Below are positions 18,205 to 30,881 of a stretch of DNA of 64,000 bases, piece after piece (positions within the stretch are counted from its first letter, which is position 1; each line of letters starts with the position of its first letter). Where the stretch lies: the NCBI GenBank assembly GCA_947631015.1, contig CANRJS010000004.1:48913-112912 (forward strand), read 5' to 3'. This DNA comes from an uncultured Clostridia bacterium. Its GTDB lineage: Bacteria > Bacillota > Clostridia > Oscillospirales > JAAYOS01. The notes under the pieces were generated by a model. It was not told the DNA's origin, did no database searches, and was given only the letters and a program-made list of their open reading frames with translations. A program made the position numbers and the translations under genes.

Positions 18205-18338
18205 CGCTCCGCTCTTTTGACCGATTGCGCTGAAATATTACAATCAGATTAAATTTCAACGCTTCTATTTACAACCGGCCGGAAAAGCGCTAAAATACAA
18301 GCATAGAACAGTTTTTCGATTTTTAAGGAGGCGGCTGT

Positions 18339-18599
18339 ATGGACGCGACGCGCAAATTCTCACCCATTGACGACGAGCACCGTATCCCCATGCGCGAGGC
18401 GCTGCGCGCCGTATACAGCTCCCTTCAGGAGAAGGGCTACGATCCCCTCAACCAGATAGTCGGATACCTGCTGAGCGAGGATCCCACCTACATCACAAAT
18501 CACAAGAACGCGCGGAGCCTCATCCGCCGTCTCGACCGTGACGAGCTGATGCAGGAGCTCGTGCGGAGCTACCTCGGCATTGAGGACGGGGAGAAGTGA
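18339..18599 (+). CDS. IreB family regulatory phosphoprotein (UPF0297)
   Basis: 86 aa. The pattern ...[37 protein letters not shown] is characteristic of IreB/YrzL. Confidence 0.85.
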   Translation: MDATRKFSPIDDEHRIPMREALRAVYSSLQEKGYDPLNQIVGYLLSEDPTYITNHKNARSLIRRLDRDELMQELVRSYLGIEDGEK

Positions 18600-18628
18600 C
18601 CCCCGCTCCGCAAAACGACACCGTGACC

Positions 18629-18666
18629 AAGCTGGCGCTTTCCTTTCGGAAAGCGCCAGCTTTTTG
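18629..18666 (+). terminator. Rho-independent terminator after the ireB-like gene
   Basis: AAGCTGGCGCTTTCC-TTTC-GGAAAGCGCCAGCTT followed by TTTT. Confidence 0.8.
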
Positions 18667-18818
18667 TCCCGCGCCCGCGCGGCGCGGCGTTTTTCCCGAC
18701 GCGCCGCTTTTTTGCCTTATCTTACGGTTTTTCATGCCAAATCAGGAAATTTCTGCCGATTATTCCTGCTTCCGCTGAAATAAATTGTCTTTCATGGGAT
18801 TTATTTTGCTTCCCGCTC

Positions 18819-18847
18819 TTGACACCGCCGTGCCTCGGTGATAAAAT
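18819..18847 (+). promoter_or_regulatory. Sigma-A promoter of the 96-aa gene / NlpC-P60 pair
   Basis: TTGACA (18819-18824), 17 nt, TAAAAT (18842-18847). An 11-bp tandem AAATAGTTACA x2 at 18844-18865 overlaps the -10 element and start region. Confidence 0.6.
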
Positions 18848-18896
18848 AGTTACAAAATAGTTACAACCTTCGGAGCGTATCTGAAAGGAGATCCCA

Positions 18897-19187
18897 ATGG
18901 CAAAGAAGAAAACATCGGAGCTCATCTGGCGCGGGTACCCCCTCGTGCGGAGCGGCAACACGATCTACTACGGCAACATTACCGACCCCTATATCGCGAT
19001 GCTCAGAATTACATCCACCAAGCAGGTCGGCGACCTCGAGGTGGCGGATAAGGTCTCTCTCCAGCTTCAGGCTACGGGAGAGGACGTTCACACCCGCGAC
19101 CGCGTCCAGAAGCGCGCCGAGAAGGACGGGCTCTATCCCGCGCTCGACCTCGCAAGCGTCTGGCTCTCCCGTGCGCTGAAGGCATAA
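18897..19187 (+). CDS. Hypothetical small protein (96 aa)
   Basis: RBS AAAGGAG. High-G+C codon pattern consistent with coding. No domain recognised. Ends 9 nt before the NlpC/P60 gene. Confidence 0.6.
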   Translation: MAKKKTSELIWRGYPLVRSGNTIYYGNITDPYIAMLRITSTKQVGDLEVADKVSLQLQATGEDVHTRDRVQKRAEKDGLYPALDLASVWLSRALKA

Positions 19188-19195
19188 GGCGGCGC

Positions 19196-20140
19196 ATGAT
19201 GAAAAGAAGTCTGAAAATACTGATTTGTGCGGCGTCTCTCATCGTTCTCGCGATTTTCGCATGCTCTGCGGACGCCGTCGAAGCAGGGACTGTCAATGCC
19301 GAAAGCGGACTTCGCCTCCGCACCGCCGCGAGCACTTCCGCCGGCACTGTATCCATACTTCCGAACGGCTCCGAGGTCATCATCACCGAGGTCGGAACGG
19401 AGTGGTGCAAGGTGAACTGCGGCAGCGCCGAGGGATATATGTCCACCGAATACCTCACCCGTTCGGACACCGCTGCCTTCGAGACGCCCTACACCGGCAA
19501 GGTCACGGCGTCGGTCGTCAACCTCCGTGCGGAAGCGAATACGACGAGCACCGTGCTCGGTCAGCTCGTCGAGAACTCCGAGGTCGTCATACTCGGCGTA
19601 TCCGGCGGATGGTACCACGTCCTCGCAAACGACGTGGAGGGCTTCATCCACCCCGACTACGTCGTCCCGACGGCGGTCATGTCATCCGATGACGCCGCTC
19701 CCGCGTCGGAAGCGCCCGCGGCCGCGAGCGCCGACTTCGTCCCCGCCTCCCAAGACGTGAGCGACCTGCGCGCACAGCTTATCGCCTTTGCAAAGCAGTA
19801 CATCGGCACCCGCTATACCTATGGCGGACGTTCCCCTTCCACCGGCTTTGACTGCTCAGGTTTCGTGTACTACGTCTTTAAGAACTTCGGCTACACCCTC
19901 AACCCCGGCGCTTCCACCCAGATGGACAAGGTCACAGTGATAAAGAAGGCCGAGCTCGTACCGGGCGACCTGGTGTTCTTCAACAACGGCACCGCCCGCC
20001 GTGCAAGTCACGTCGGCATCTACATCGGCAACAATCAGTTCATCCACGCCGTCTCTCCGGGGCATCCGGTCGCTGTCTCCTCGCTTGACGGCGGATATTA
20101 CAGCCGCTGCTTCGTCGGCGGCGGACGCGTCCTTCCGTAA
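19196..20140 (+). CDS. Secreted SH3b-domain NlpC/P60 (C40) peptidoglycan endopeptidase
   Basis: Signal peptide, two SH3b-like repeats (GTVNAESGLRLRTAAS.., GKVTASVVNLRAEAN..) and a C-terminal NlpC/P60 domain with catalytic DCSGFV and SHVGIY. Confidence 0.9.
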   Translation: MMKRSLKILICAASLIVLAIFACSADAVEAGTVNAESGLRLRTAASTSAGTVSILPNGSEVIITEVGTEWCKVNCGSAEGYMSTEYLTRSDTAAFETPYTGKVTASVVNLRAEANTTSTVLGQLVENSEVVILGVSGGWYHVLANDVEGFIHPDYVVPTAVMSSDDAAPASEAPAAASADFVPASQDVSDLRAQLIAFAKQYIGTRYTYGGRSPSTGFDCSGFVYYVFKNFGYTLNPGASTQMDKVTVIKKAELVPGDLVFFNNGTARRASHVGIYIGNNQFIHAVSPGHPVAVSSLDGGYYSRCFVGGGRVLP

Positions 20141-20179
20141 AAAATTTGCGGCGGAACTCAATATGGGCTTAATAACTTA

Positions 20180-20215
20180 CCGAGCTTCGGAGCAATGCTC
20201 CGGGGCTCGGTTTTT
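20180..20215 (+). terminator. Rho-independent terminator after the NlpC/P60 gene
   Basis: CCGAGC..CGGAGC-AAT-GCTCCG..GCTCGG followed by TTTTT. Confidence 0.7.
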
Positions 20216-20316
20216 ATATGTCCGCACCGACGCGCCGCGAAAATCTTTTCTTGCCTACTTTCATATATTGTGGTAGTATTATTGTGTATGCAAATCACTG
20301 AGGAGGCGTTTTCCGA

Positions 20317-21162
20317 ATGCGTTTTACCAAGATGCACGGCTGCGGCAACGACTATATATACGTTGACTGCTTCCATGAGAAGGCAGACGTGCAAAATCCC
20401 GAACAGCTCTCAAGGCGGCTGAGCGACCGCCACTTCGGAGTAGGCTCGGACGGCCTTATCTTCATCAAGCCTAGCCCCGTGGCGGACTGCTTTATGGATA
20501 TGTACAACTACGACGGACCGCGCAGCGAGATGTGCGGCAACGGCATCCGCTGCGTCGGCAAGTACCTCTACGACCACGGCATCGTCGACCGCGACGTCAT
20601 AACTGTCGACACGCTCGCGGGCGTCAAGACCCTCTACCTGCACATCGAGAACGGCGTCTGCACCGGCGCGACCGTCGACATGGGCGAGCCGATACTTCTC
20701 CCGCAGATGATACCCACCGAGCTTCACGGCAGCGACGGACGCGCTGTCGACGTCCCGCTTGACGCGGACGGCGTCACCTACCGCGTCACCTGCGTGTCTA
20801 TGGGGAACCCCCACGCCGTCGTCGTCGTGGACGACCCCGCGTCCTTCCCCGTCCGCGAGGTTGGAATGCGGATAGAGACGCACCCCGCCTTCCCCCGCCG
20901 CACCAACGTCCACTTCATCCGCGCGGAATCGCGCGACAGCATCATCATCCGCACATGGGAGCGCGCCACCGGCGAGACGCTCGCCTGCGGCACCGGCAAC
21001 TGCGCCTCCCTCGTCGCGGCGACGCTGCTCGGACTCTCGGACGGCGAGGCGGAGATGCACTGTCTCGGCGGCACGCTCCACATCAAGTGGGACAGAAACG
21101 ACAACCACGTCTACATGACCGGCCCCGCCGTCGAGGTGTTCTCCGGCAGCATAGACGTCTGA
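20317..21162 (+). CDS. dapF: Diaminopimelate epimerase
   Basis: 281 aa with MRFTKMHGCGNDYIYVD, the two catalytic Cys motifs (MCGNGIRC, LACGTG) and SMGNPH. Confidence 0.93.
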   Translation: MRFTKMHGCGNDYIYVDCFHEKADVQNPEQLSRRLSDRHFGVGSDGLIFIKPSPVADCFMDMYNYDGPRSEMCGNGIRCVGKYLYDHGIVDRDVITVDTLAGVKTLYLHIENGVCTGATVDMGEPILLPQMIPTELHGSDGRAVDVPLDADGVTYRVTCVSMGNPHAVVVVDDPASFPVREVGMRIETHPAFPRRTNVHFIRAESRDSIIIRTWERATGETLACGTGNCASLVAATLLGLSDGEAEMHCLGGTLHIKWDRNDNHVYMTGPAVEVFSGSIDV

Positions 21163-21197
21163 ACCTCAAAAACATCCCTTGGTCAGGAGGAAAATCA

Positions 21198-22403
21198 ATG
21201 AAACTGAATGACAACTTCCGCAAGATGCAGTCAAACTACCTCTTCTACACCGTCCGCGTCAAGACGAACGAGTACCTTGAGAGCCACCCCGGCGCCGAGG
21301 TCATACGCCTCGGGATAGGAGACGTCACGCTCCCGCTCGTCCCCGCCGTCATAGACGCGATGCATGCCGCCGTCTCGGACATGGGCAGCGCCGCCACCTT
21401 CAAGGGCTACGGCGAGGACTTCGGCTACTCCTTCCTCCGCCGCGCGATAATCGAGCAGGACTACAAGCCGCTCGGCGTCGACCTCGCGCTCGAGGAGGTC
21501 TTTATCAACGACGGCGCGAAGAGCGACACCGGCAACTTTGCGGAGCTCTTCGACCGCGACAACGTCGTCGCCGTCTGCGACCCGGTCTACCCCGTCTACG
21601 TCGACTCGAACGCCATGGCCGGCCGCGCCGGCGACTTTGACGGCGAGCGTTGGAGTAAGCTCCTCTACATGCCCTGCGTCGCCTCGAACGGCTTCATTCC
21701 GGAGCCGCCGAAGGAGCATGCGGACATCATCTACCTCTGCTTCCCGAACAACCCGACCGGCGCTCACATCGGCTACGACGAGCTGAAGGCGTGGGTCGAC
21801 TACGCCCTCCGCGAGGGCTCGGTCATACTCTATGACGCGGCCTACTGCGCCTTCATCGAGGGCGACATGCCCCGCTCGATATACGAGATAGACGGCGCGA
21901 AGCGCTGCGCCGTCGAGTTCCGGAGCTACTCCAAGACCGCCGGCTTCACCGGCGTGCGCTGCGGCTTCACCGTTGTACCGAACGACCTCGTCTTCTACGG
22001 GCAGAGCCTCCGCGCGATGTGGGCGCGCCGCCAGACCACGAAGTTCAACGAGGCAAGCTATATCTCCCAGCGCGGCGCGGCGGCGATATACACGCCGGAG
22101 GGCGCAAAGCAGGCCATGGAGTCTATCGCCTACTACAAGAACAACGCAAAGACCCTCCGCGAGGGACTTCAGGCGCTCGGCTTTGAGGTCTACGGCGGGG
22201 TACATTCCCCCTACGTCTGGCTCGCGACGCCGAACGGCATGACCTCGTGGGAGTTCTTTGACGCACTGCTCGACCGCGCGCAGGTCGTCGGCACCCCCGG
22301 CTCGGGCTTCGGGCCGTGCGGCGAGAGCTACTTCCGCCTCACGAGCTTCGGCACGCTCGAAAACTCGCTCCGCGCGCTCGAGCGGATAAAGGAAAGCTTC
22401 TAA
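21198..22403 (+). CDS. dapL: LL-diaminopimelate aminotransferase (DapL-type)
   Basis: 401 aa from ATG 21198 (RBS AGGAGG). SYSKTAGFTGVRCG PLP-lysine motif and the N-terminal N.N....SNYLF pattern. Adjacent to dapF. The track ORF start at 20955 overlaps dapF and is rejected. Confidence 0.85.
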   Translation: MKLNDNFRKMQSNYLFYTVRVKTNEYLESHPGAEVIRLGIGDVTLPLVPAVIDAMHAAVSDMGSAATFKGYGEDFGYSFLRRAIIEQDYKPLGVDLALEEVFINDGAKSDTGNFAELFDRDNVVAVCDPVYPVYVDSNAMAGRAGDFDGERWSKLLYMPCVASNGFIPEPPKEHADIIYLCFPNNPTGAHIGYDELKAWVDYALREGSVILYDAAYCAFIEGDMPRSIYEIDGAKRCAVEFRSYSKTAGFTGVRCGFTVVPNDLVFYGQSLRAMWARRQTTKFNEASYISQRGAAAIYTPEGAKQAMESIAYYKNNAKTLREGLQALGFEVYGGVHSPYVWLATPNGMTSWEFFDALLDRAQVVGTPGSGFGPCGESYFRLTSFGTLENSLRALERIKESF

Positions 22404-22404
22404 G

Positions 22405-22620
22405 TTTCGCTTCGCGTCGACGCGAAATGTGCTCGGGCGCAATGAATTGCCCTGCGCACCCTTTCGTAATTCCCAAACGCTCCAAAGGAGCGTTTGGGAG
22501 CCCTTCCGATTAAAATGCTCGCCGGAAATGAATTCCGGCTCCGCGAAGTTGGCGGCAAAGCCGCCAACTTCAACCGCGCAAACCGGCGCAGCGCAGCCGC
22601 AGGCTGCGTAGAAGGCAGGA
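22405..22620 (+). repeat. Intergenic multi-hairpin repeat locus D (half unit plus type-1 unit at 22468-22590)
   Basis: The first ~50 nt, GCGAAATGTGCTCG..CAATGAATTGCCCTGCGCACCCTTTCG.AATTCCC, are near-identical to 6187-6235. The hairpin stems differ from other copies but remain paired. Confidence 0.85.
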
Positions 22621-22702
22621 TACGCTAAAGGTTGGCGGGCGTCCCGGATTCACAGAACGTCGCGACGTCGCGGCGTAAGACTTTTAAGTTTGGAGGAACA
22701 CT

Positions 22703-23743
22703 ATGTATATCGAATCCAAGTACACCGACTATATGATTGAGACCTTCGGCAAGCTGGTCGCCATTCCCTCTCCGACCGGCTACACCCGCCGCGCGGCGGA
22801 GTGGATAGCGGCGGAGCTGCGCAGGTTCGACTTCGAGCCGATCATAACGAACCGGGGAAACGTCCTCTGCCGCGTCGGCGGCGACGGAGACGGCATCCTC
22901 CTCTCCTCGCACTTCGACACCCTCGGCGGGATGGTGCGCTCGGTGAAGCCGGACGGACGTCTCCGCATAGCCCGCCTCGGCGGCCCCGCTCTCGGCAGCT
23001 ACGAGGCGGAGAACTGCACCGTGATAACGCGCGGCGGCCGTGAAATCCCCGGCACCTTCCAGATGAACGAGCCCTCGAGCCACGTCGCTGGCGCGAAGCT
23101 CTCGGAGGCGAAGCGCACCCTCGAGGAAATGCAGGTCGTGCTCGACATCGTAAGCTCCTCCGCGGAGGAGACTGCGGCGGCGGGCGTCGAGACCGGCGAC
23201 ATCGTCGCGTTCGACCCGCGCTTCCGCGTCTCGGGCGACGACTACATCAAGAGCCGCTATATCGACGACAAGATGGGATGCTCGGTGCTCCTCGCCCTCG
23301 CGAAGCTCATAAGCGAGCGCGCGCCGCTCCTCCCCCGCACATTGTGGCTGATGTTCACCTGTCACGAGGAGGTCGGCACCGGCGCGGCGAGCGGCCTGCC
23401 GGACGGCTGCACCGAGATGATAGCGGTCGACATGGGCTGCGTCGGGGACGACCTCGCCTGCACCGAGCGCGAGGTTTCGATATGCGTCCTCGACGGCGGC
23501 GGACCCTACGACTACGGCCTCGTCTCCGCCCTCAAGGACGTCTGCGTGCGGGACGACATTCCCCACGCGCTCGACGTCTACCCCTTCTACGGCTCGGACG
23601 CGGACGCCGCCGTCGGCGCGGGGTACCACCTCCGTCACGCCTGTATAGGCCCCGGCGTCTACGCGAGCCACGGCTACGAGAGGACGCACCGCCGCGGCGT
23701 CGAAGCGACGCTCCGCCTCGTCGCGGGCTACGTTGTCGGATAA
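22703..23743 (+). CDS. M42 family metallopeptidase (glutamyl aminopeptidase-like)
   Basis: 346 aa with SHFDTLG, DDKMGC and CHEEVGTG motifs typical of M42. Confidence 0.8.
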   Translation: MYIESKYTDYMIETFGKLVAIPSPTGYTRRAAEWIAAELRRFDFEPIITNRGNVLCRVGGDGDGILLSSHFDTLGGMVRSVKPDGRLRIARLGGPALGSYEAENCTVITRGGREIPGTFQMNEPSSHVAGAKLSEAKRTLEEMQVVLDIVSSSAEETAAAGVETGDIVAFDPRFRVSGDDYIKSRYIDDKMGCSVLLALAKLISERAPLLPRTLWLMFTCHEEVGTGAASGLPDGCTEMIAVDMGCVGDDLACTEREVSICVLDGGGPYDYGLVSALKDVCVRDDIPHALDVYPFYGSDADAAVGAGYHLRHACIGPGVYASHGYERTHRRGVEATLRLVAGYVVG

Positions 23744-23836
23744 ATAACGAGCGTTCACAAAGGAATTTCTCTTAGAGAACGTCCGCTGCGGAGTTTTTGA
23801 AGCCGCGCACCGTTCCGGTGCGGGAAGGAGCGTAAA

Positions 23837-25408
23837 ATGAAAAGGAGAATGTTTTTCGCCTCGCTCGCGGTGCTTGCCGTGACAGGTCTGCTGGCGCTCG
23901 TCCTGTTTGTTCTCCCCGAGCCTGCGGGCTCCCCCGGCGCGCTGCCGGAGGACATATCCGAGGAGGACCGCGCGCTTCTGGAGGAAGAACCGCTCTTTGC
24001 CAGCTTCCTTGTGGGCACCGGTCGGGCGCGCTTCGACCGTCTCGACCCCATCGCCACGAAGTACGGCGATATCCGCTCTTATCAGGTGAACAGCTCCCGC
24101 GGCTACGCGCGCGCATTCATCTTCCCGGACGGCTCGGTCTTCTGGTGCGAGACAAGCCGCATTCCCTTCACGCTCTCGCTCGACTGCGGCGCGGGCGCGT
24201 CCGCCGTCCGTCTGGACCCGGACGATGAGCGCTCACCGCTTCTCGTGCAAAGCGGTCCCGGCGGACTCGGGATGCTCGTCGAAGCTCCGCTCGGCGCGGT
24301 CATCGAGGGAACGCCGAACGACCCGTTCGGTATCACCGCGCTCGAGGAGCGCAACGGCACGGCGTCGCTCCGCGAAAGCAGTGTAACTCTGAAATTTGAC
24401 AGACCAGAGGACGAGGGGTACGCCCGATCCATCTGGTGGGTCTATGCGTCGGAGGGAGCCTTCCCCACAGGCGAGGACGTCCCTCAGTGGCTCTACGACT
24501 GCACGGTGGAAAAGTTCGGCGCGGACGACCGCATGGCGCCCTCCGGCTACTACTACACCTCCCCCGAAGACTACTCCACGGCGGGCGAGGGCAGCTTCTA
24601 CCTTCTCCCCGCCGCCTACATACCGGTAAAGCTCGCGCGCCGCTGTGACGACCCGGATGCGCTTTGGATAGCCGCGGCGATGCTCGACATACAGCGCGGC
24701 AATCTCGAGCTCTCCACCCTCTCCGAGCTCGTCGACTCCCCCGACGCCGTTCGCTACCTGACTTTCGAGTACCCCGAAAGCATCCCGCCGGAGCTGCTCG
24801 GCGGCACGTTTGACGAAAGTTCCGAGGCTGGCTTTATCCCCACGGCGCCCCGGAGCGGGCAGCTCGGGCGTGACTACGGCGTCGGCGCGGGCTTCCACGA
24901 CACCCGAGCCAATACCGACCTCGCCGCGGGTCTGCTCGCGCTCGGCGAAAAGCTGGGCGCGGACACGTTTGTCGAGAGCGCCGATAACTACGTCCTCTAC
25001 CTCTGTTTCCACGCGCTCACCCGCTCGGACGAGACCGCGAACGGCGGTCTCCTCGTGGACGACTACTCACATCCGGACGGCTCGAAACGCACCCACTGCG
25101 CCCTCAACCATCAGCTTGCGGAGATACTGCTGCTCTACGGCTCCGAAATACCGGAGGCGGAAGATGTCGCTCGCCGCATGCTCCTCGGCATCGAGGATAC
25201 GGCGGAGGACTGGATACGTCCGGACGGCGACCTCCACTATGCGCGCTTCCCGGACGGCAGCTACGGCAGGGACGACTGCCCCACCCTCACCTACAACGAC
25301 CTTCTCGCGCTCGACCGTTATATCGGCGGCAACACCGCCCTCGAGCGCCTCATGGATACCAAGCGGGAATGGATGGATGCAAACGGCGTTACGGGCTGTG
25401 ACAAGTGA
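23837..25408 (+). CDS. Hypothetical membrane-anchored/exported protein (523 aa)
   Basis: RBS GGAAGGAG. N-terminal TM/signal anchor FFASLAVLAVTGLLALVLFVL. No domain recognised with confidence. Confidence 0.7.
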   Translation: MKRRMFFASLAVLAVTGLLALVLFVLPEPAGSPGALPEDISEEDRALLEEEPLFASFLVGTGRARFDRLDPIATKYGDIRSYQVNSSRGYARAFIFPDGSVFWCETSRIPFTLSLDCGAGASAVRLDPDDERSPLLVQSGPGGLGMLVEAPLGAVIEGTPNDPFGITALEERNGTASLRESSVTLKFDRPEDEGYARSIWWVYASEGAFPTGEDVPQWLYDCTVEKFGADDRMAPSGYYYTSPEDYSTAGEGSFYLLPAAYIPVKLARRCDDPDALWIAAAMLDIQRGNLELSTLSELVDSPDAVRYLTFEYPESIPPELLGGTFDESSEAGFIPTAPRSGQLGRDYGVGAGFHDTRANTDLAAGLLALGEKLGADTFVESADNYVLYLCFHALTRSDETANGGLLVDDYSHPDGSKRTHCALNHQLAEILLLYGSEIPEAEDVARRMLLGIEDTAEDWIRPDGDLHYARFPDGSYGRDDCPTLTYNDLLALDRYIGGNTALERLMDTKREWMDANGVTGCDK

Positions 25409-25412
25409 ACCC

Positions 25413-25446
25413 GCGCCCCCTCGGACAGTCCGAGGGGGCGCTTTTT
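25413..25446 (+). terminator. Rho-independent terminator
   Basis: GCGCCCCCTCGG-ACAGT-CCGAGGGGGCGC followed by TTTTT, 5 nt after the stop codon. Confidence 0.85.
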
Positions 25447-25983
25447 ATGCCCCGACGCGCGCGAAAAGTTCCCCTCCCGCGAAAATCGCCGGCGAAGCGG
25501 GCATATTCATTATTTATGTAAACTTGCGTCACATTTGTACGGAAACGAAATCGCGCTTTCGGGCTCCGGATATATTCCTCAATTTTCCCCGAAGCCGTTG
25601 CGGCGCAAGGCGTTCGCCCTTGTTAATAAGTCTGTGGATAATGTGAATAACTTCTTGTTGTAGCTTTATTGCTATTTTTTATGTCCACTGGCTACATTAT
25701 TATTCTTTCGAAAAAATCCGCCCAGGAAGTGGCGGATTTTCCCCGTTCCTGCGCAAAATCGAGTCTTTTCGGCAAAATGACATCTTCTGCCAAAAATTAC
25801 GCTTTCGACAATTTGTGCGCGTCGCGGCCGTTTTCGACCGGTTGGTGTCACACTTATACGAAGTGTTATCCGGCCTTTACCGTCGCTCCCGCCGCGCCGT
25901 GCAGTTATTCATTCAATTATTTCGCATCCTTGGAAAAAATCGGCTGTACTTTTGTTCAAATCGGACGGCGCGCCGCAGTCCCC

Positions 25984-26012
25984 TTGACTTTAGTAAGCGT
26001 TTGATTTAGTAT
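25984..26012 (+). promoter_or_regulatory. Candidate promoter of the beta-galactosidase gene
   Basis: TTGACT (25984-25989), 17 nt, TAGTAT (26007-26012). A TATAAT hexamer also overlaps at 26012-26017. Confidence 0.5.
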
Positions 26013-26053
26013 ATAATTGTAAATTGGCGGGGAATACGCCACGCTGTCTGTAA

Positions 26054-29233
<3,180 letters not shown>

Positions 29234-29259
29234 ACCGCTTATTACCTCTTTTCTTCATA

Positions 29260-29315
29260 CTCCCCCAACAGGAAGAACCGCGGGCACAAGCCCGCGGTTC
29301 TTCCTGTTGGGGGAG
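29260..29315. terminator. 26-bp perfect-stem hairpin after lacZ
   Basis: CTCCCCCAACAGGAAGAACCGCGGGC-ACAA-GCCCGCGGTTCTTCCTGTTGGGGGAG. No strong T-run follows. Confidence 0.6.
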
Positions 29316-29562
29316 TTGCCCCAAACGGCGCTCTGCGCCGTTTGGGGACCCCTTTAATTTAAATGCTCGGGGCGAATGAATCGCCCCTGCGCGATTTCGT
29401 CGCTGTGCGGCGAAATCACCGCGCGAACCAGCGCGGTCGCCGCTCACGCGGCGAAACTCTGTAGGGTTTCGTGAAAAATCACGCGGGCAAAGCCGCAATT
29501 CCTAAACGCTCAGTTGGAGCGTTGGGATCCCTTTTGATTGAAATTTTCGGGGCAATTCAGCA
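29316..29562 (+). repeat. Intergenic multi-hairpin repeat locus E (type-1 unit at 29317-29436, GCGAAACTCTG module, truncated second type-1 unit at 29497-29562)
   Basis: CCCC-AAACGGCGC-TCT-GCGCCGTTT-GGGG..AAATGCTCG-GGGGCGA-ATGAA-TCGCCCC-TGCGC.. and AATTCCT-AAACGCTC..GAGCGTT-GGGATCCCTTTTGATTGAAATTTTCG-GGGC. Confidence 0.85.
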
Positions 29563-29596
29563 AAAAATGATGCTTTACGTCCACAGCAAATCCCGA

Positions 29597-30211
29597 TCAG
29601 CAGATAATATCTCGCCGGTCTCCCCGAATCAATACGACTTGCCCGTCGGACAATTCTATCGGGCCGTTTTCGGATATTGCCTGACAACAGTTTTCCCGTT
29701 CGGCGTGCGGTATCAGCGGGTTGGATAAGTATCCCAATCCGTCGGCGAAATTCCCGGCGGCAACCATGCTTCCCGCGCTGATCCCCAGATATACCAGCCC
29801 GTTCTCTATCGCCTGCTTCAAAGGCTTGGAGAAGCCTGTTCTGTTTATTTCTCTCAAAAGGGTCGAAGCGTTTCCTCCGCAAAAAGCAATAAAGTCATAC
29901 CGGGAAAGCTCTTCGGCACTCATCAAGCGGATCTGCACGGGGATGTCCTCTACATAATCGGAATATGTCCTTTTATAGCCGTCGGAAAGCAAAAGCGCCA
30001 GATCATATATCAAAATATTACTTACAGCTATCCCCATGCTTTGAAGTCTTTCCAGACATACGATAATGCCCTCCCGCGCGCTGTCGCTTCCGATGGCGGC
30101 AGTCGGGACGAAGCTCGCCTTTGTATGTCGGGGTTCCTTCCCGATACATTCCCAAAACAGCTTGGCAGTCCTTTCATTCAGACCGTTTGAACTTAAAAAC
30201 AGAGTTCTCAT
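29597..30211 (-). CDS. Peptidase S51 (dipeptidase E-like) family protein
   Basis: 204 aa from ATG 30211 (RBS GGAGGTGA). YLGISAGSMVA nucleophile-elbow motif typical of S51. Visibly lower G+C than neighbouring genes. Confidence 0.7.
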   Translation of the reverse strand: MRTLFLSSNGLNERTAKLFWECIGKEPRHTKASFVPTAAIGSDSAREGIIVCLERLQSMGIAVSNILIYDLALLLSDGYKRTYSDYVEDIPVQIRLMSAEELSRYDFIAFCGGNASTLLREINRTGFSKPLKQAIENGLVYLGISAGSMVAAGNFADGLGYLSNPLIPHAERENCCQAISENGPIELSDGQVVLIRGDRRDIIC

Positions 30212-30290
30212 TGTCCTTCTCACCTCCCGTAAAGCAGATACCTCGAAGGCGCGCCGTTCGGTTTCACCGCCGGTTTTGCCGCCAATGGAC

Positions 30291-30791
30291 TTACCTCCCG
30301 CCCAGCTCAAATGACGCTATCTCCCTTGTGGGCCAGAAGGCGCATAAATGCAGTCGGACGATATTTCCGACAAACGGGCAAAACGACCGCACGAACAGCG
30401 GCAGCGCGGAGCAGACCGCTTCCGGCTCGTCTATCAGTACCGTGACATGCGGCGTCCACACGCGTTCCGTATCTGTTTCGCACGCGTCGTGGAGCGCGTC
30501 CAACTGCGCGTTTCTTTCGGGCGCGGCAAAAAGCACCTTTCCTCCGGCGAACATGCCGATATGGCTGATGTGGACCGGAACTGCCGGGAATTCGGCAGCA
30601 GCTTTTTTCATCAAACCGACGACTTCATCCTCCCGCTCAAGCGGAAACGTAGCCAAGCTGATGTGATAAGGAAGCCCCGGCGTCTGTGTTCCGACGAATC
30701 CCGCTTCTTTCAGTGCGCCGTACCATTCGGACAGGCGCTTTTGCGAGATCTCGTCCAAATCCGCCATGAGAGTCAAAAATTCTTCCACCAT
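30291..30791 (-). CDS. 2H phosphoesterase superfamily protein (LigT / 2'-5' RNA ligase-like)
   Basis: 166 aa with two H-x-S/T-x motifs (HISL and HVTV) at the spacing expected for the 2H fold. Confidence 0.65.
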   Translation of the reverse strand: MVEEFLTLMADLDEISQKRLSEWYGALKEAGFVGTQTPGLPYHISLATFPLEREDEVVGLMKKAAAEFPAVPVHISHIGMFAGGKVLFAAPERNAQLDALHDACETDTERVWTPHVTVLIDEPEAVCSALPLFVRSFCPFVGNIVRLHLCAFWPTREIASFELGGR

Positions 30792-30881
30792 AGTATCCTC
30801 CGTCTCTGCTTCCGATGCAGAACTTATGCTGCAAAAACGCGCTTTTGTCTCTTTTTCGGCTTTGCATCAAGCTCCGCGGGA

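Noticed and set aside
25634-25642. Perfect DnaA-box consensus (TTATCCACA on the minus strand).
   Set aside because: It is a single isolated box. No cluster of boxes, no AT-rich DUE and no dnaA or dnaN is nearby. A 9-mer match of this kind is expected by chance in an AT-richer spacer.
25669-26004. 111-aa ORF in the spacer upstream of lacZ, and the overlapping ORF at 25815-26009.
   Set aside because: No RBS is present, the composition is atypical and AT-rich relative to the genome's coding regions, no motifs are present, and it runs through the candidate lacZ promoter.
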